Shown: positions 9,183 to 17,960 of the stretch, one piece after another | Position numbering within the stretch: the stretch's first letter is position 1 | Layout: each line of letters opens with the position of its first letter | NCBI GenBank assembly: GCA_028712565.1 | Contig: JAQTPW010000001.1 | Location: 77,114 to 141,113, forward strand | Length of the DNA stretch: 64,000 nucleotides | From: Minisyncoccota bacterium | GTDB taxonomy: Bacteria; Patescibacteriota; Minisyncoccia; Minisyncoccales; JAQTPW01 | Direction of reading: 5' to 3' | Notes under the pieces: generated by a model | Databases searched by the model: none | What the model was told of the DNA's origin: nothing | The model's input: the letters and a program-made list of their open reading frames with translations, nothing else | Position numbers and translations under genes: made by a program

Positions 9183-9791
9183 ATGAAATGGCCTATCAGA
9201 TTTAAAAACGTTATCATTATTGATGCGACTTTCGGTTCTACTGTTGGCGGCAAGATAATTCTGAGGCGGCACGAAGCAGATAATTTTGGGTTGCAACAAC
9301 TTACAACTATTGAGAATGCTTCACAGCTAGAATCCGAATATAAGATGAGGCGCGTTGGGCTTAAGATAAAAAACAGTTCCCTGTATTATCGCGGCGAAGA
9401 TAGAATCGATTCTATTTATATTCATGATTACCGGGATAAAAACTTCTACGCGAAAGCTCTTTGTGTATCACCAAATGGAGTTACCGTAGGGATCGAATGC
9501 TTACTGACGGGTATTTTACATGCTTGGGCGGCGAGAGGCATTCCGATTTATTGTTCTGAAGAAATTTGGCAAGCATATCGAGTAAGAATTAATGAATATA
9601 CGAACGGTACGATAATAATACCGAAAAGCCATATTTCCAGCTATCCAAAAAAAGAAACCCCCGGAATAGAATTTAAAAAGGTTGTAAAAAGAGAAACTCA
9701 AAAAGACGCCGATCTTAATAATTTAAACCGGGGCCCATTTGCCAAATTTCTGCAAACTCTTGATTTAAACGACTTTAAAAAGCAATTTTAA
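9183..9791 (+). CDS. Hypothetical protein (stand-alone transcription unit)
   Basis: 202 aa; strong SD gaaggaggtgcgtaATG; followed by its own terminator; no recognisable motif. Confidence 0.55.
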   Translation: MKWPIRFKNVIIIDATFGSTVGGKIILRRHEADNFGLQQLTTIENASQLESEYKMRRVGLKIKNSSLYYRGEDRIDSIYIHDYRDKNFYAKALCVSPNGVTVGIECLLTGILHAWAARGIPIYCSEEIWQAYRVRINEYTNGTIIIPKSHISSYPKKETPGIEFKKVVKRETQKDADLNNLNRGPFAKFLQTLDLNDFKKQF

Positions 9792-9795
9792 ACAT

Positions 9796-9832
9796 ATACC
9801 GTTGGCTTTGCCAACGGTATTATTTTTTTTAA
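9796..9832 (+). terminator. Rho-independent terminator
   Basis: accgttggc tttg ccaacggt followed by attatttttttt. Confidence 0.65.
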
Positions 9833-9901
9833 AATAAGCTATAATATAAATAGTGGCTGTAAATTTAAATATTATAATTAAATAATAATTTATAAAAAAT
9901 T

Positions 9902-10708
9902 ATGAAAAAAACAATTTTCATCGCCGCCATATTATTATTGGCAGTTAGTTTTTTTGCATTTGCAGACGAAAATTCTACAACCTCTGCAGGAATGACACCC
10001 GACAGTCCGTTTTATTTCTTAAAAACTTGGAAAGAAGCAATTCAAACTTTCTTTACTTTTGGCGCAGAAAACAAAGCTAAACAATTCCTTCATTTGGCAG
10101 ATGTAAGATTGGCTGAGTACCAAAAAATGCTAGAGTTGGGCAAAGATGAGATCGCGCAAAAAACTCTTGAAAAATATGAAAAGCAGTTAAATAGAGCCAT
10201 TGAAAAAGTTGAAGAGTTGAAGAAAAAGGGGAAAGACGTAACAAGCATTTCGCAAAAAATTGAAGGAACTACATCAAAACATCTTGAGGTTTTGGAAAAA
10301 AATTTGAAAAAAGTTCCTGAAGCAGGACAAAAAGGGATAAAAAATGCAATACAAAATTCAATAAAAGCTGTGGAAAAATTCCAGGAAAGGATTTCGGAAA
10401 AAGCCAAAAGATGCGTAAATTCAGGCGGGAAAGTAATTACTTCAAATTGCTGCAATAGCACCGATGATTTTCCGAATATCTGCTTAATCGGCGCCTGCGG
10501 ATGTTCTCCCGAAAACAGCCATAAAGTAATGCTTTGCGACTGCGGAGTTGAAAAATGCTTTAACGGAAATAGGTGCGTATATTACGAGCTTGTTGAGCCG
10601 TGCACTAATCAATGCGGAAACGGAGAGTGCGAATCAACTACTTGTACCGCGCTTGGCTGCCCATGCTCCGAAACAGCTGAATCTTGCCCGCAGGATTGCG
10701 CAGAATAG
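9902..10708 (+). CDS. Secreted protein with a helical N-terminal half and a C-terminal Cys-rich module (~24 Cys in 100 aa)
   Basis: Signal peptide MKKTIFIAAILLLAVSFFAFA; C-terminus CCNS...CLIGACGCSP...CDCGVEKC...CGNGEC...CPCSE...CPQDC. Confidence 0.65.
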   Translation: MKKTIFIAAILLLAVSFFAFADENSTTSAGMTPDSPFYFLKTWKEAIQTFFTFGAENKAKQFLHLADVRLAEYQKMLELGKDEIAQKTLEKYEKQLNRAIEKVEELKKKGKDVTSISQKIEGTTSKHLEVLEKNLKKVPEAGQKGIKNAIQNSIKAVEKFQERISEKAKRCVNSGGKVITSNCCNSTDDFPNICLIGACGCSPENSHKVMLCDCGVEKCFNGNRCVYYELVEPCTNQCGNGECESTTCTALGCPCSETAESCPQDCAE

Positions 10709-10779
10709 GGATAAAATAAAATATCTGAAAAAAACCAAGGATTATTTCTTGGTTTTTTGTTTCATGGTAAAATTAAAAA

Positions 10780-13203
10780 ATGGCAAAGCATAAAGGATTA
10801 AGCGAAAATGAAGTTTTAATTTTGAGGAAAAAATTTGGGGAAAATTTGCTTCCGAGCAAGGGAGAGCCGTCCCCATTTTTTATTTTTTATTCGCAGTTTA
10901 AAAGCCCTTTGGTTTATATCTTGATTTTTGTCGCTTTAATCTCTCTTTGTTTTAAAGAATTTGTCAACGCAATTCTAATCGGGACGGTTATTTTTATAAA
11001 TGTGCTGATGGGATTTTTTCAGGAATTTTCGGCCCAAAAAACCTTGTCAGCTTTGCGGAAAATCTTAAAGCCACGGGCCCTCGTTATAAGAGACGGGAAA
11101 AGAACTGAAATAGAAACAAAGGATTTGGTTCCGGGCGATCTTGTTTTATTGTCGGCGGGAAATCGCGTGCCAGCTGATGGAAAATTAGTAGAAGGCGTGA
11201 GTTTGCTGGTAAACGAAGCGATTTTAACCGGCGAGGAAGAAGCAGTTGGCAAAAATATAAATGAAGGGCAGAATATTTTATTTATGGGAACTACCGTTGT
11301 AGCAGGCAAAGGGATTTTTAAAGCAGAAAGAATCGGAGAATTAACCGAAATGGGAAAAATCGGCCACAGTTTGGCAGAAATAAAAAAAGAAGAAACTCCT
11401 CTGCAGATAAAGTTAGAAAATTTCAGCAAAAGATTGGCATTCATTGTTATTGGAATTTGCGTCCTCATCTTTTTAATCGGCATTTTTTATCGGCAAGATC
11501 CTTTTAACATGCTGAAGGTTTCAGTGATTTTGGCTGTTGCCGCAATACCCGAGGGCTTGCCCATTGTAATTACTGTGATTTTGGCGCTGGGAATGCGGAG
11601 AATTTTAAAAAGGAACGGATTGGTAAAAAAGCTTCTTTCAATAGAAACCTTGGGCTCCACTTCTGTAATCTGCACGGATAAAACCGGCACTTTAACAGAA
11701 GGAATAATGAAAGTGGCAAAAACAGATTTTAGAGATAAATTAAAAGCCCTTTTTGCCTTAACCGTAACTAACGACCAGAGGAGCAATTTAGAAGTTGCGA
11801 TTTGGGAATACATAAAAAAAGAGGAAACATTTAATCCGCAAGAGGTTTTTGATTTGACAAGGCGAATTTATGAAGAGCCGTTTGACAGCGAAAAAAAATA
11901 CACGTTTGCGATTGTAAATATTGAGGGGAAAGATACGGCTTTTATTGCTGGAGCGCCGGAAATAATTTTAGCATTTTGCGACATTACGGAGGAAGAAAAA
12001 ACAAAAATTTTGTCAAAAATCGAGGAATGGGCGGGGGAAGGATTAAGGGTATTGGGAATAATTTATAAAGAAGGCGGAATTCTCAAGGAAAAAAAAGGAT
12101 TTTCTTATTTAGGGGCGGTTGGTATTCGAGATCCAATAAGGGAAGGGGCAAAGGAAGCGATTGAAGCCGCAAAAAAAGCGGGGATTAAGGTAAAAATTGT
12201 GACAGGCGATTATAGGAAAACGGCAGAAAAAATAGCGGATTTGCTGGGATTCAATTTAAAACCGGAAAATATTTTGGAAGGTTCTGAATTGGAAAAAATT
12301 TCCGACGAGGAATTAAAAAATAAAATAGAAAATATCTCCTTATTTACCAGAGTCACTCCGCATCAAAAAATGAAAATAATAAAGGCGCTTCAGGAAAGGG
12401 GAGAGACGGTGGCAATGACCGGAGACGGAGTTAATGACGCGCCGGCTCTCAAAAAAGCAGATATTGGGGTTGTTGTGGGTTCGGCTTCCGATGTTGCAAA
12501 AGAAGCCGGGGACTTGGTCTTGCTCGATAACAATTTCAAAACCATAGTTGCAGCTTGCGAAGAGGGCCGGCTGATTTTTGCAAATATAAAAAAAGTCGTG
12601 GGATACATACTTTCAAATTCTTTTGCCGAGATATTTTTGATTTTCGGGGCAATGGTTTTAAATTTCCCAGCGCCTCTTACGATTGTTCAGATTTTATGGA
12701 TTCATTTGGTTTGCGACGGGCCCCCGGACATTATGCTGGGTTTTGAGCCAAAAGAAAAAGGGATTATGCAAGAGAACCCAAAAGATATTAAAAAAGAAAG
12801 CATCTTGCCAAGATCTATGATGTTTTTAATTTTTGCCATAAGTTGCGCAGTTGGATTTACATCTTTGTTTTATTTCTGGTATTTTAATAATAAAACCGGA
12901 GATTTAAAATTGGCGAGGACTTTGGTTTTCGCGTCAATCGGGACCGTGAGCCTGGTTTATATTTTTGCATTCAAAAATTTGAAAAAATTAATTATCCACA
13001 CTGAAAATTTTTTCCATAATTTGCCATTATTTTTAAGCGTGGGTTACGGATTTTTGCTGATTTTTTCTGCAGTTTATATTCCCGGTTTGAATAAATTTTT
13101 GGGGACAGTCCCGCTTGAATTTTTCCATTGGGTTTTAGTTTTTGCCGTGGCTTTGATCTCCACGCTTTTGGTGGAAATGGTAAAAATTGCAACAAATAAA
13201 TAA
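10780..13203 (+). CDS. P-type cation-transporting ATPase (P2-type, Ca2+/Mg2+-like)
   Basis: DKTGTLT phosphorylation motif, TGDGVNDAPALKKADIG hinge motif, N-terminal GLSENEV..R..FGEN, 807 aa with multiple TM segments. Confidence 0.9.
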   Translation: MAKHKGLSENEVLILRKKFGENLLPSKGEPSPFFIFYSQFKSPLVYILIFVALISLCFKEFVNAILIGTVIFINVLMGFFQEFSAQKTLSALRKILKPRALVIRDGKRTEIETKDLVPGDLVLLSAGNRVPADGKLVEGVSLLVNEAILTGEEEAVGKNINEGQNILFMGTTVVAGKGIFKAERIGELTEMGKIGHSLAEIKKEETPLQIKLENFSKRLAFIVIGICVLIFLIGIFYRQDPFNMLKVSVILAVAAIPEGLPIVITVILALGMRRILKRNGLVKKLLSIETLGSTSVICTDKTGTLTEGIMKVAKTDFRDKLKALFALTVTNDQRSNLEVAIWEYIKKEETFNPQEVFDLTRRIYEEPFDSEKKYTFAIVNIEGKDTAFIAGAPEIILAFCDITEEEKTKILSKIEEWAGEGLRVLGIIYKEGGILKEKKGFSYLGAVGIRDPIREGAKEAIEAAKKAGIKVKIVTGDYRKTAEKIADLLGFNLKPENILEGSELEKISDEELKNKIENISLFTRVTPHQKMKIIKALQERGETVAMTGDGVNDAPALKKADIGVVVGSASDVAKEAGDLVLLDNNFKTIVAACEEGRLIFANIKKVVGYILSNSFAEIFLIFGAMVLNFPAPLTIVQILWIHLVCDGPPDIMLGFEPKEKGIMQENPKDIKKESILPRSMMFLIFAISCAVGFTSLFYFWYFNNKTGDLKLARTLVFASIGTVSLVYIFAFKNLKKLIIHTENFFHNLPLFLSVGYGFLLIFSAVYIPGLNKFLGTVPLEFFHWVLVFAVALISTLLVEMVKIATNK

Positions 13204-13313
13204 GAGAAAATTTTTCTGGGTGCTTTCGGACGATTTTTATGAGATATTGCTTTCTGGAAAAAAAGATGCATAATATACCTTAGAAATTTAACATGGTTAT
13301 AACGGAGGGGAAA

Positions 13314-13592
13314 ATGAAAAAGATAAGAATTCTTCTTTTTCTTTTTGGCAATGTTCAAGGAGTGGGGTTGCGCAAGAAAATACTGGAAAAGCGTAATAAG
13401 GATTTTAAAACAATAGCCGGCTTTGCTAAAAATCTGCCACCGCCGGATCGCAACGTAGAAATTGCACTTGAAGGGGACTATGGTAATATCATTTGCTTTG
13501 AGAAGTGGATTGGAGAATTAGAGGGGGTGAAACAAACAAAAGTTATCCGGGAAAATTACACAGGCGAGTTTACAGATTTTGAAATCAGGTAG
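13314..13592 (+). CDS. acyP: Acylphosphatase-like protein
   Basis: GNVQGVGLR matches the VxGxVQGVxFR signature; about 92 aa; RBS GGAGGGG precedes the ATG at 13314 (the track's upstream Met at 13293 is less likely). Confidence 0.6.
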   Translation: MKKIRILLFLFGNVQGVGLRKKILEKRNKDFKTIAGFAKNLPPPDRNVEIALEGDYGNIICFEKWIGELEGVKQTKVIRENYTGEFTDFEIR

Positions 13593-13719
13593 GTTATTGC
13601 ACCTTTAAAAATTGCGAAATTGCGAAATCATTGAAAAGGAGGCGAGGTTATCAGTAAAAATTAAAAAGATTGGTTTTTCTGGCAGGCGTTCTGGTAAATA
13701 AAAAAGGAGGAAATTTTTA

Positions 13720-14406
13720 GTGAAGAAAATATTGCCAATTTTGGCGGTTGTGTGTTCGTTGATTTTGCTTTTGCCAGCTGCAGCACTTGCAGCAAAGTCG
13801 GCCGACTGCGTCACCATTCAAGACGGCGTACTTACGTACAGCGCCGGGCATTACTTAGCCGGCCACCCCCTGACCGTGGGTTATGATATCTTCGGATACA
13901 ACTATCAAGCCCACATGTTCAGAGGTTCCTATGCCAATGCGTATCTTGGCAAAGATGGCCTTCCGCCATACGAGGGCGACGATGTCGCATATCTTGCACA
14001 AAATCCTTCTGCGGCCAATAAATGGTATTGGCCATACAGAAATGATATGATCGAGATGAAATGGAACGACGCGTGGCTTTCCAATATGGATTGCAATGGA
14101 GATGGCTTACTCGATCGTCCCAGCGATAACGGCGGAACCTATATTGGTTCTGGTGCTTGGGAAACGAACCACCAGTGGGGCGTAAATCCTGATGGCAGTA
14201 ATTGGAATTATTTCGTCAAGATTGTTGCCGCACCTGATGATGCCACAAAATTAAGCGGCATCTGGTATACCGCTGATGGGAAAGAAATCGGCCCCGATAT
14301 TTGGGGGGAATTCGCAACGATAGAGGAGATCTACAACGATCAAAGCACTGGAGATCATGGCGTTCTCTATAGATCGCCAGCTGGTCCCGGCTTTGGCAAG
14401 TGGTAA
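13720..14406 (+). CDS. Secreted hypothetical protein (GTG start); markedly GC-richer than its surroundings
   Basis: RBS aaaaggagga 8 nt before GTG; signal peptide MKKILPILAVVCSLILLLPAAALA; 228 aa; composition shift visible in the sequence. Confidence 0.6.
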   Translation: MKKILPILAVVCSLILLLPAAALAAKSADCVTIQDGVLTYSAGHYLAGHPLTVGYDIFGYNYQAHMFRGSYANAYLGKDGLPPYEGDDVAYLAQNPSAANKWYWPYRNDMIEMKWNDAWLSNMDCNGDGLLDRPSDNGGTYIGSGAWETNHQWGVNPDGSNWNYFVKIVAAPDDATKLSGIWYTADGKEIGPDIWGEFATIEEIYNDQSTGDHGVLYRSPAGPGFGKW

Positions 14407-14430
14407 AGATATCCTCAAGGTAACAACTAT

Positions 14431-14468
14431 GGGGTTGTGACATTTTGCCACAACCCCTTTAATTTTGG
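14431..14468 (+). terminator. Rho-independent terminator
   Basis: ggggttgtg ... cacaacccc followed by tttaatttt. Confidence 0.6.
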
Positions 14469-14590
14469 CAAGTTTGCCTGTTTTGTGAAATTTTAATCTT
14501 ATATTAATGAAGAAATTACATACTAAAGAATAACTAATTTAACAAAAAAATATAAAGGTCGAATATTTAAAACTTAACAATATTAAAAAA

Positions 14591-14797
14591 ATGAAAACTC
14601 TCGGTTGGATCACTTTTATTTTGGTTATAATCGGGGGGCTGAATTGGGGGTTGGTTGGTTTTTTCAAGTATGATTTGATTTCGGCGATTTTTGGCAACAT
14701 GTCCGCAATGTCTCGTTTGATTTATGATCTAGTCGGTCTGTCCGCACTTTATATGCTTATTTTCGGGAGTCAAATGATGGCGAAAAAGCCGATGTAG
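14591..14797 (+). CDS. DUF378-family small membrane protein
   Basis: MKTLGWITFILVIIGGLNWGLVGFFKYDLISAIFG matches the DUF378 core; 68 aa. Confidence 0.7.
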   Translation: MKTLGWITFILVIIGGLNWGLVGFFKYDLISAIFGNMSAMSRLIYDLVGLSALYMLIFGSQMMAKKPM

Positions 14798-14811
14798 ATT
14801 TTTGTAATTAC

Positions 14812-14850
14812 AAATGCGCAGGGAATGATGCCTGCGCATTTGTTTTTTTT
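14812..14850 (+). terminator. Rho-independent terminator
   Basis: aaatgcgcagg ... cctgcgcattt followed by gtttttttt. Confidence 0.7.
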
Positions 14851-14879
14851 AACGCGGCTTTTTGCTAAAATGAACCAAC

Positions 14880-15338
14880 ATGAAAATTAATAATCCATTT
14901 TCAAAAAATAATATTTTAATTTTAAGCCCGGTAATTTTGGTTATGCTTTTTGATTTAGTTTTTACTTTGGTAGGCCAGCCCAAAATGTATTGGAAATTCA
15001 GTTACGAATTTTTCAATGAAGGAAGCCCGCTGGGGGAAATATTATTGGGGCATCACCCCGTTATTTTTATTTTATTTTTCGCCGCCTATATGTTTTTTGT
15101 CTTATTTTTGACAACTAACTTAAAACGGCCTTTTAATATTATATTTGCAATGGGTTTCTTTTTAGGCCACGCATGGGGAAGCTCTTCGTGGGTTCCCGGA
15201 ATAGCCGGAAAATTATTCCAAATCAAAAATCCAGCATATATAAACGATTGGTATTTTATTATCGGTTATTTTATTTTCATTTCCATAATTTCCGGAATTT
15301 GCATAAATATATGGTTTAAAAATAAAGCCAATTCCTAA
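14880..15338 (+). CDS. Integral membrane protein, hypothetical
   Basis: 152 aa with four or more hydrophobic helices. Confidence 0.55.
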   Translation: MKINNPFSKNNILILSPVILVMLFDLVFTLVGQPKMYWKFSYEFFNEGSPLGEILLGHHPVIFILFFAAYMFFVLFLTTNLKRPFNIIFAMGFFLGHAWGSSSWVPGIAGKLFQIKNPAYINDWYFIIGYFIFISIISGICINIWFKNKANS

Positions 15339-15376
15339 ACTAACAATTAAAAATAACTAAAATTTAATTCAAAATT

Positions 15377-15523
15377 ATGGAAGAAAAAGAAGAGGAAAAA
15401 AGTAAAAAAGAATTGGCAAGGGCCATAAAAAAAGAGGAGAGGAAAGATGAAAGAAGGGGTAGGATGAGACAAGAAGATTTGGAAAGAAAACCAGACGATG
15501 ACCACAACTACTCAGGGAGGTAA
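15377..15523 (+). CDS. Possible small highly charged protein (48 aa; not in the ORF track because it is under 60 aa)
   Basis: ATG at 15377, open to TAA at 15521, followed by a terminator hairpin; translation MEEKEEEKSKKELARAIKKEERKDERRGRMRQEDLERKPDDDHNYSGR. Confidence 0.25.
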   Translation: MEEKEEEKSKKELARAIKKEERKDERRGRMRQEDLERKPDDDHNYSGR

Positions 15524-15552
15524 TTAATATTGTGCGACATTTATTTGAGAAA

Positions 15553-15596
15553 AACAAAAACAGCGGAATTTTTAAAAACCGCTGTTTTTTATTTTT
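15553..15596. terminator. Bidirectional rho-independent terminator
   Basis: aaaacagcgg ... ccgctgtttt with T runs on both sides. Confidence 0.65.
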
Positions 15597-15631
15597 TTCA
15601 CCCGAGACGGATTCGTTTTAAACGGAAATTT

Positions 15632-15880
15632 TTATTTTTCCCGGTAAATTTTCCAGACTGCGAATGTAATTGATAGGCTGGCGATAAAAAATGCAATATA
15701 TAAAATATCTGCAGATAAATCAAAAGATAAAAATCGCGCTAAGTCATAAAAAACATATATGCCAAAGGTCAGAGAAATGAGCCAGCCATAGTTTTTCTTT
15801 TTCGAGACGGCCAATATTGCCCCTAAAACGGTAACAATCGCCTCAAAACCGATTGAAAGTTCATGCAAAATTTTTATCAT
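15632..15880 (-). CDS. Small membrane protein, hypothetical
   Basis: 82 aa, two hydrophobic helices. Confidence 0.5.
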   Translation of the reverse strand: MIKILHELSIGFEAIVTVLGAILAVSKKKNYGWLISLTFGIYVFYDLARFLSFDLSADILYIAFFIASLSITFAVWKIYREK

Positions 15881-15900
15881 ACTTTTGTTTATATGTTTTA

Positions 15901-16857
15901 TTATTTTTTATCTTTTCCAAGCGAATGAAATTGGCGATGAATATCCCGCAATCTTTTATTTGTGACGTGGGTGTAGATTTGGGTTGTAACAATATTTCTG
16001 TGGCCCAGAAATTCCTGGATAGTCCTTAAATCAACTCCTTGGTTTAATAAATCGGTTGCCATTGAGTGCCTAAGGGTGTGAGGAGTTGTGAAAAATGGCA
16101 CGCCGGAAAGCAAGGCATATTTTTTAACGATTCTTTCAATGGAGCGGGCAGATAACCGCGCATCGGCGCCTGTTCTTGATCGATAGTGTATAAACAAAGC
16201 TTTGTCTTTGTCGCTTCTGGTTGCCAGATATTTTTTTATCCAGCCCAAAGCTCTTTCTGAAAAATAAACGGTTCTGGGATGCTTGCCTTTGCCGATAATG
16301 CCAAGTTCCAAATCTTTTTTATCCTTGGTGTTGGCGAATTGCTCGCGGTTTAGGGCGACTAGTTCGGCAATTCTTAACCCGGTTGAGAATAATGCCTCTA
16401 AAATAGCCCTGTCTCGGATGCCTTCGGGGTTATTCTGGTCTGCGGCTGATAAAAGCTTCTCAATTTGCTCTAAGCTAAGGAATTTTAGGGTTTTTTCGGC
16501 TTCAGCTGCCTTTTGGAGCTGTATTTTATCGGCAGGCAGTGATTCTATATCTTTTGCGGTAAAATAGCCCAGAAGGGCTCTTAAAGCGATAAGATAGTAG
16601 CTTTGAGTGTTCTTTTGCAATGGCTGGCCATTTGCAGACGAAAAACGGCTTAAATATAGGCGATAATCCCAGATATCGTCGGCAGTAAGCTGGTGGGGCA
16701 GTAATGCCTCTTTTTTTGCCTTTTTAAGCCATAAAACGAACTTTTGGAGGTATCTCTGGTAGTTTTCCTGGGTTTTATTAGAAAGGCCTTTTTCAACTTC
16801 GCAATAATCCAAAAAATCGGGGATATGGTTGATAATATTTTTTTCAGATTTTTTCAT
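15901..16857 (-). CDS. Tyrosine site-specific recombinase, XerC/XerD family
   Basis: C-terminal catalytic region HTLRHSMATDLLNQGVDLRTIQEFLGHRNIVTTQIYTHV (R..HxxR...Y); N-terminal core-binding domain; 318 aa. Confidence 0.85.
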   Translation of the reverse strand: MKKSEKNIINHIPDFLDYCEVEKGLSNKTQENYQRYLQKFVLWLKKAKKEALLPHQLTADDIWDYRLYLSRFSSANGQPLQKNTQSYYLIALRALLGYFTAKDIESLPADKIQLQKAAEAEKTLKFLSLEQIEKLLSAADQNNPEGIRDRAILEALFSTGLRIAELVALNREQFANTKDKKDLELGIIGKGKHPRTVYFSERALGWIKKYLATRSDKDKALFIHYRSRTGADARLSARSIERIVKKYALLSGVPFFTTPHTLRHSMATDLLNQGVDLRTIQEFLGHRNIVTTQIYTHVTNKRLRDIHRQFHSLGKDKK

Positions 16858-17066
16858 AAATTATTTTTTGCTAAATTCTAAATCCTATATTCTATATTCA
16901 ATTTCTTATATTTAATGTATTGTTTGGTAGGTGTATTTTAGGAAGGGTTTGAGAGTAGCTCAAATATCGCTACTCTAGAATGTCGCTTAACCTACAATGT
17001 GCGAACCTTTCTATATTCATAATATCAGGCCAAAAGGGGGTGTCAAGGCATCCCCTAGGGCGCTAG

Positions 17067-17101
17067 CCAATAGCCAATAGCCAATAGCAACTAGTCGATA
17101 G
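17067..17101. repeat. Tandem heptamer repeat (CCAATAG x3 plus two degenerate copies) upstream of the recombinase gene
   Basis: ccaatagccaatagccaatagcaactagtcgatag. Confidence 0.5.
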
Positions 17102-17173
17102 TGTTTAGAAATAAAAGAGGGCAAGCTGATGAATAAATACATCTGCTTGCCCACCAGTTTTGGTGAGAGAAAT

Positions 17174-17326
17174 TTATCGTAGGTAGGATGCAGGAAGCGT
17201 GCTTCGGATCACTGGCACGGTTCGGCTGATGGCATTGTTATTGCCATTGCCAGTGCCAGCAATTCTTTTTGCACGCGCTTCTGAACGGTCACTGTCTCGC
17301 CACTTGCGATCTTTCCCTCGTTTCAT
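17174..17326 (-). CDS. Small basic protein (50 aa) with a very strong Shine-Dalgarno sequence; missed by the ORF track; GC-rich
   Basis: The minus strand reads gaaaggaggtgatgatatcgtATGaaacgagggaaagatcgc... and stays open to TAA at 17174-17176. Translation MKRGKDRKWRDSDRSEARAKRIAGTGNGNNNAISRTVPVIRSTLPASYLR. Confidence 0.4.
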   Translation of the reverse strand: MKRGKDRKWRDSDRSEARAKRIAGTGNGNNNAISRTVPVIRSTLPASYLR

Positions 17327-17460
17327 ACGATATCATCACCTCCTTTCTTTCGGGCCCTATTTTTAACTTAAGGTCCTATTTTTTATATAATTTTTACAAA
17401 AAATTCCCTCAAAATCAATTCCCTAAAAACAAAACCCGCCCAAATAAATGTCGCACAATG

Positions 17461-17949
17461 TTAGGAGAGCGTATAGCTGCCAACTTGGGTTATGCAAAGA
17501 TTTTTCTTTTTTGCCAATGAAAATAATTTTCTGATATAAATGTGAGAATTTTTGGGAGGATTTTTATAAAACGCAAAATCTGAATGCTGGTAGTCCATTT
17601 TTATTTTAAAATCCCCTACTGGTTTTACGAGGTAGGCAAAGGAAATGTAATAAATGTCTTTTTGCCCGAATTTTCCGGGTTTGCAAAAAAATTCGGATAC
17701 GGCCAAGAATTTTTCAATTTTTATTTTATTTATTCCTAATTCTTCTTTGGCAACCCTGTGCACAGCATCAACTAGCTTTTCATTTTTATAAATTCTGCTG
17801 CCGGGGGTATACCAAAGTCCGCGCGCGGGATCTCCGGTTCTCTTTAATAAAAGGTATTTCCCTTTGAACTCAACTAAGACATCGTTGCTAGCAATTGGAG
17901 AAAATTTTGTAAGTATTTTATAAATTTTTTTTGGGACAAATCCTTTCAT
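17461..17949 (-). CDS. Nudix hydrolase
   Basis: Nudix box GSRIYKNEKLVDAVHRVAKEELGI; 162 aa. Confidence 0.65.
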   Translation of the reverse strand: MKGFVPKKIYKILTKFSPIASNDVLVEFKGKYLLLKRTGDPARGLWYTPGSRIYKNEKLVDAVHRVAKEELGINKIKIEKFLAVSEFFCKPGKFGQKDIYYISFAYLVKPVGDFKIKMDYQHSDFAFYKNPPKNSHIYIRKLFSLAKKKNLCITQVGSYTLS

Positions 17950-17960
17950 ATGATTTCAAA

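Noticed and set aside
15375-15557. 60-aa minus-strand ORF from the track
   Set aside because: It has a low-complexity Phe/Leu/Pro-rich translation and no RBS. The opposite strand holds a cleaner 48-aa ORF ending just before a terminator. Neither is strongly supported, and only the plus-strand one is kept at low confidence.
16860-17170. Looked for a tRNA gene next to the tyrosine recombinase as a typical integration target
   Set aside because: No segment shows the acceptor/T-arm (GGTTCGAATCC-like) pattern. The hairpin at 16953-16980 does not fit a cloverleaf.
17334-17348. The sequence atcacctcctttct is identical to the 3' end of 16S rRNA, which raised the possibility of an rRNA gene fragment
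   Set aside because: No further 16S similarity upstream. It is the reverse complement of a strong Shine-Dalgarno (AGAAAGGAGGTGAT) positioned ~10 nt before an ATG on the minus strand, so it is the RBS of the small ORF 17174..17326.
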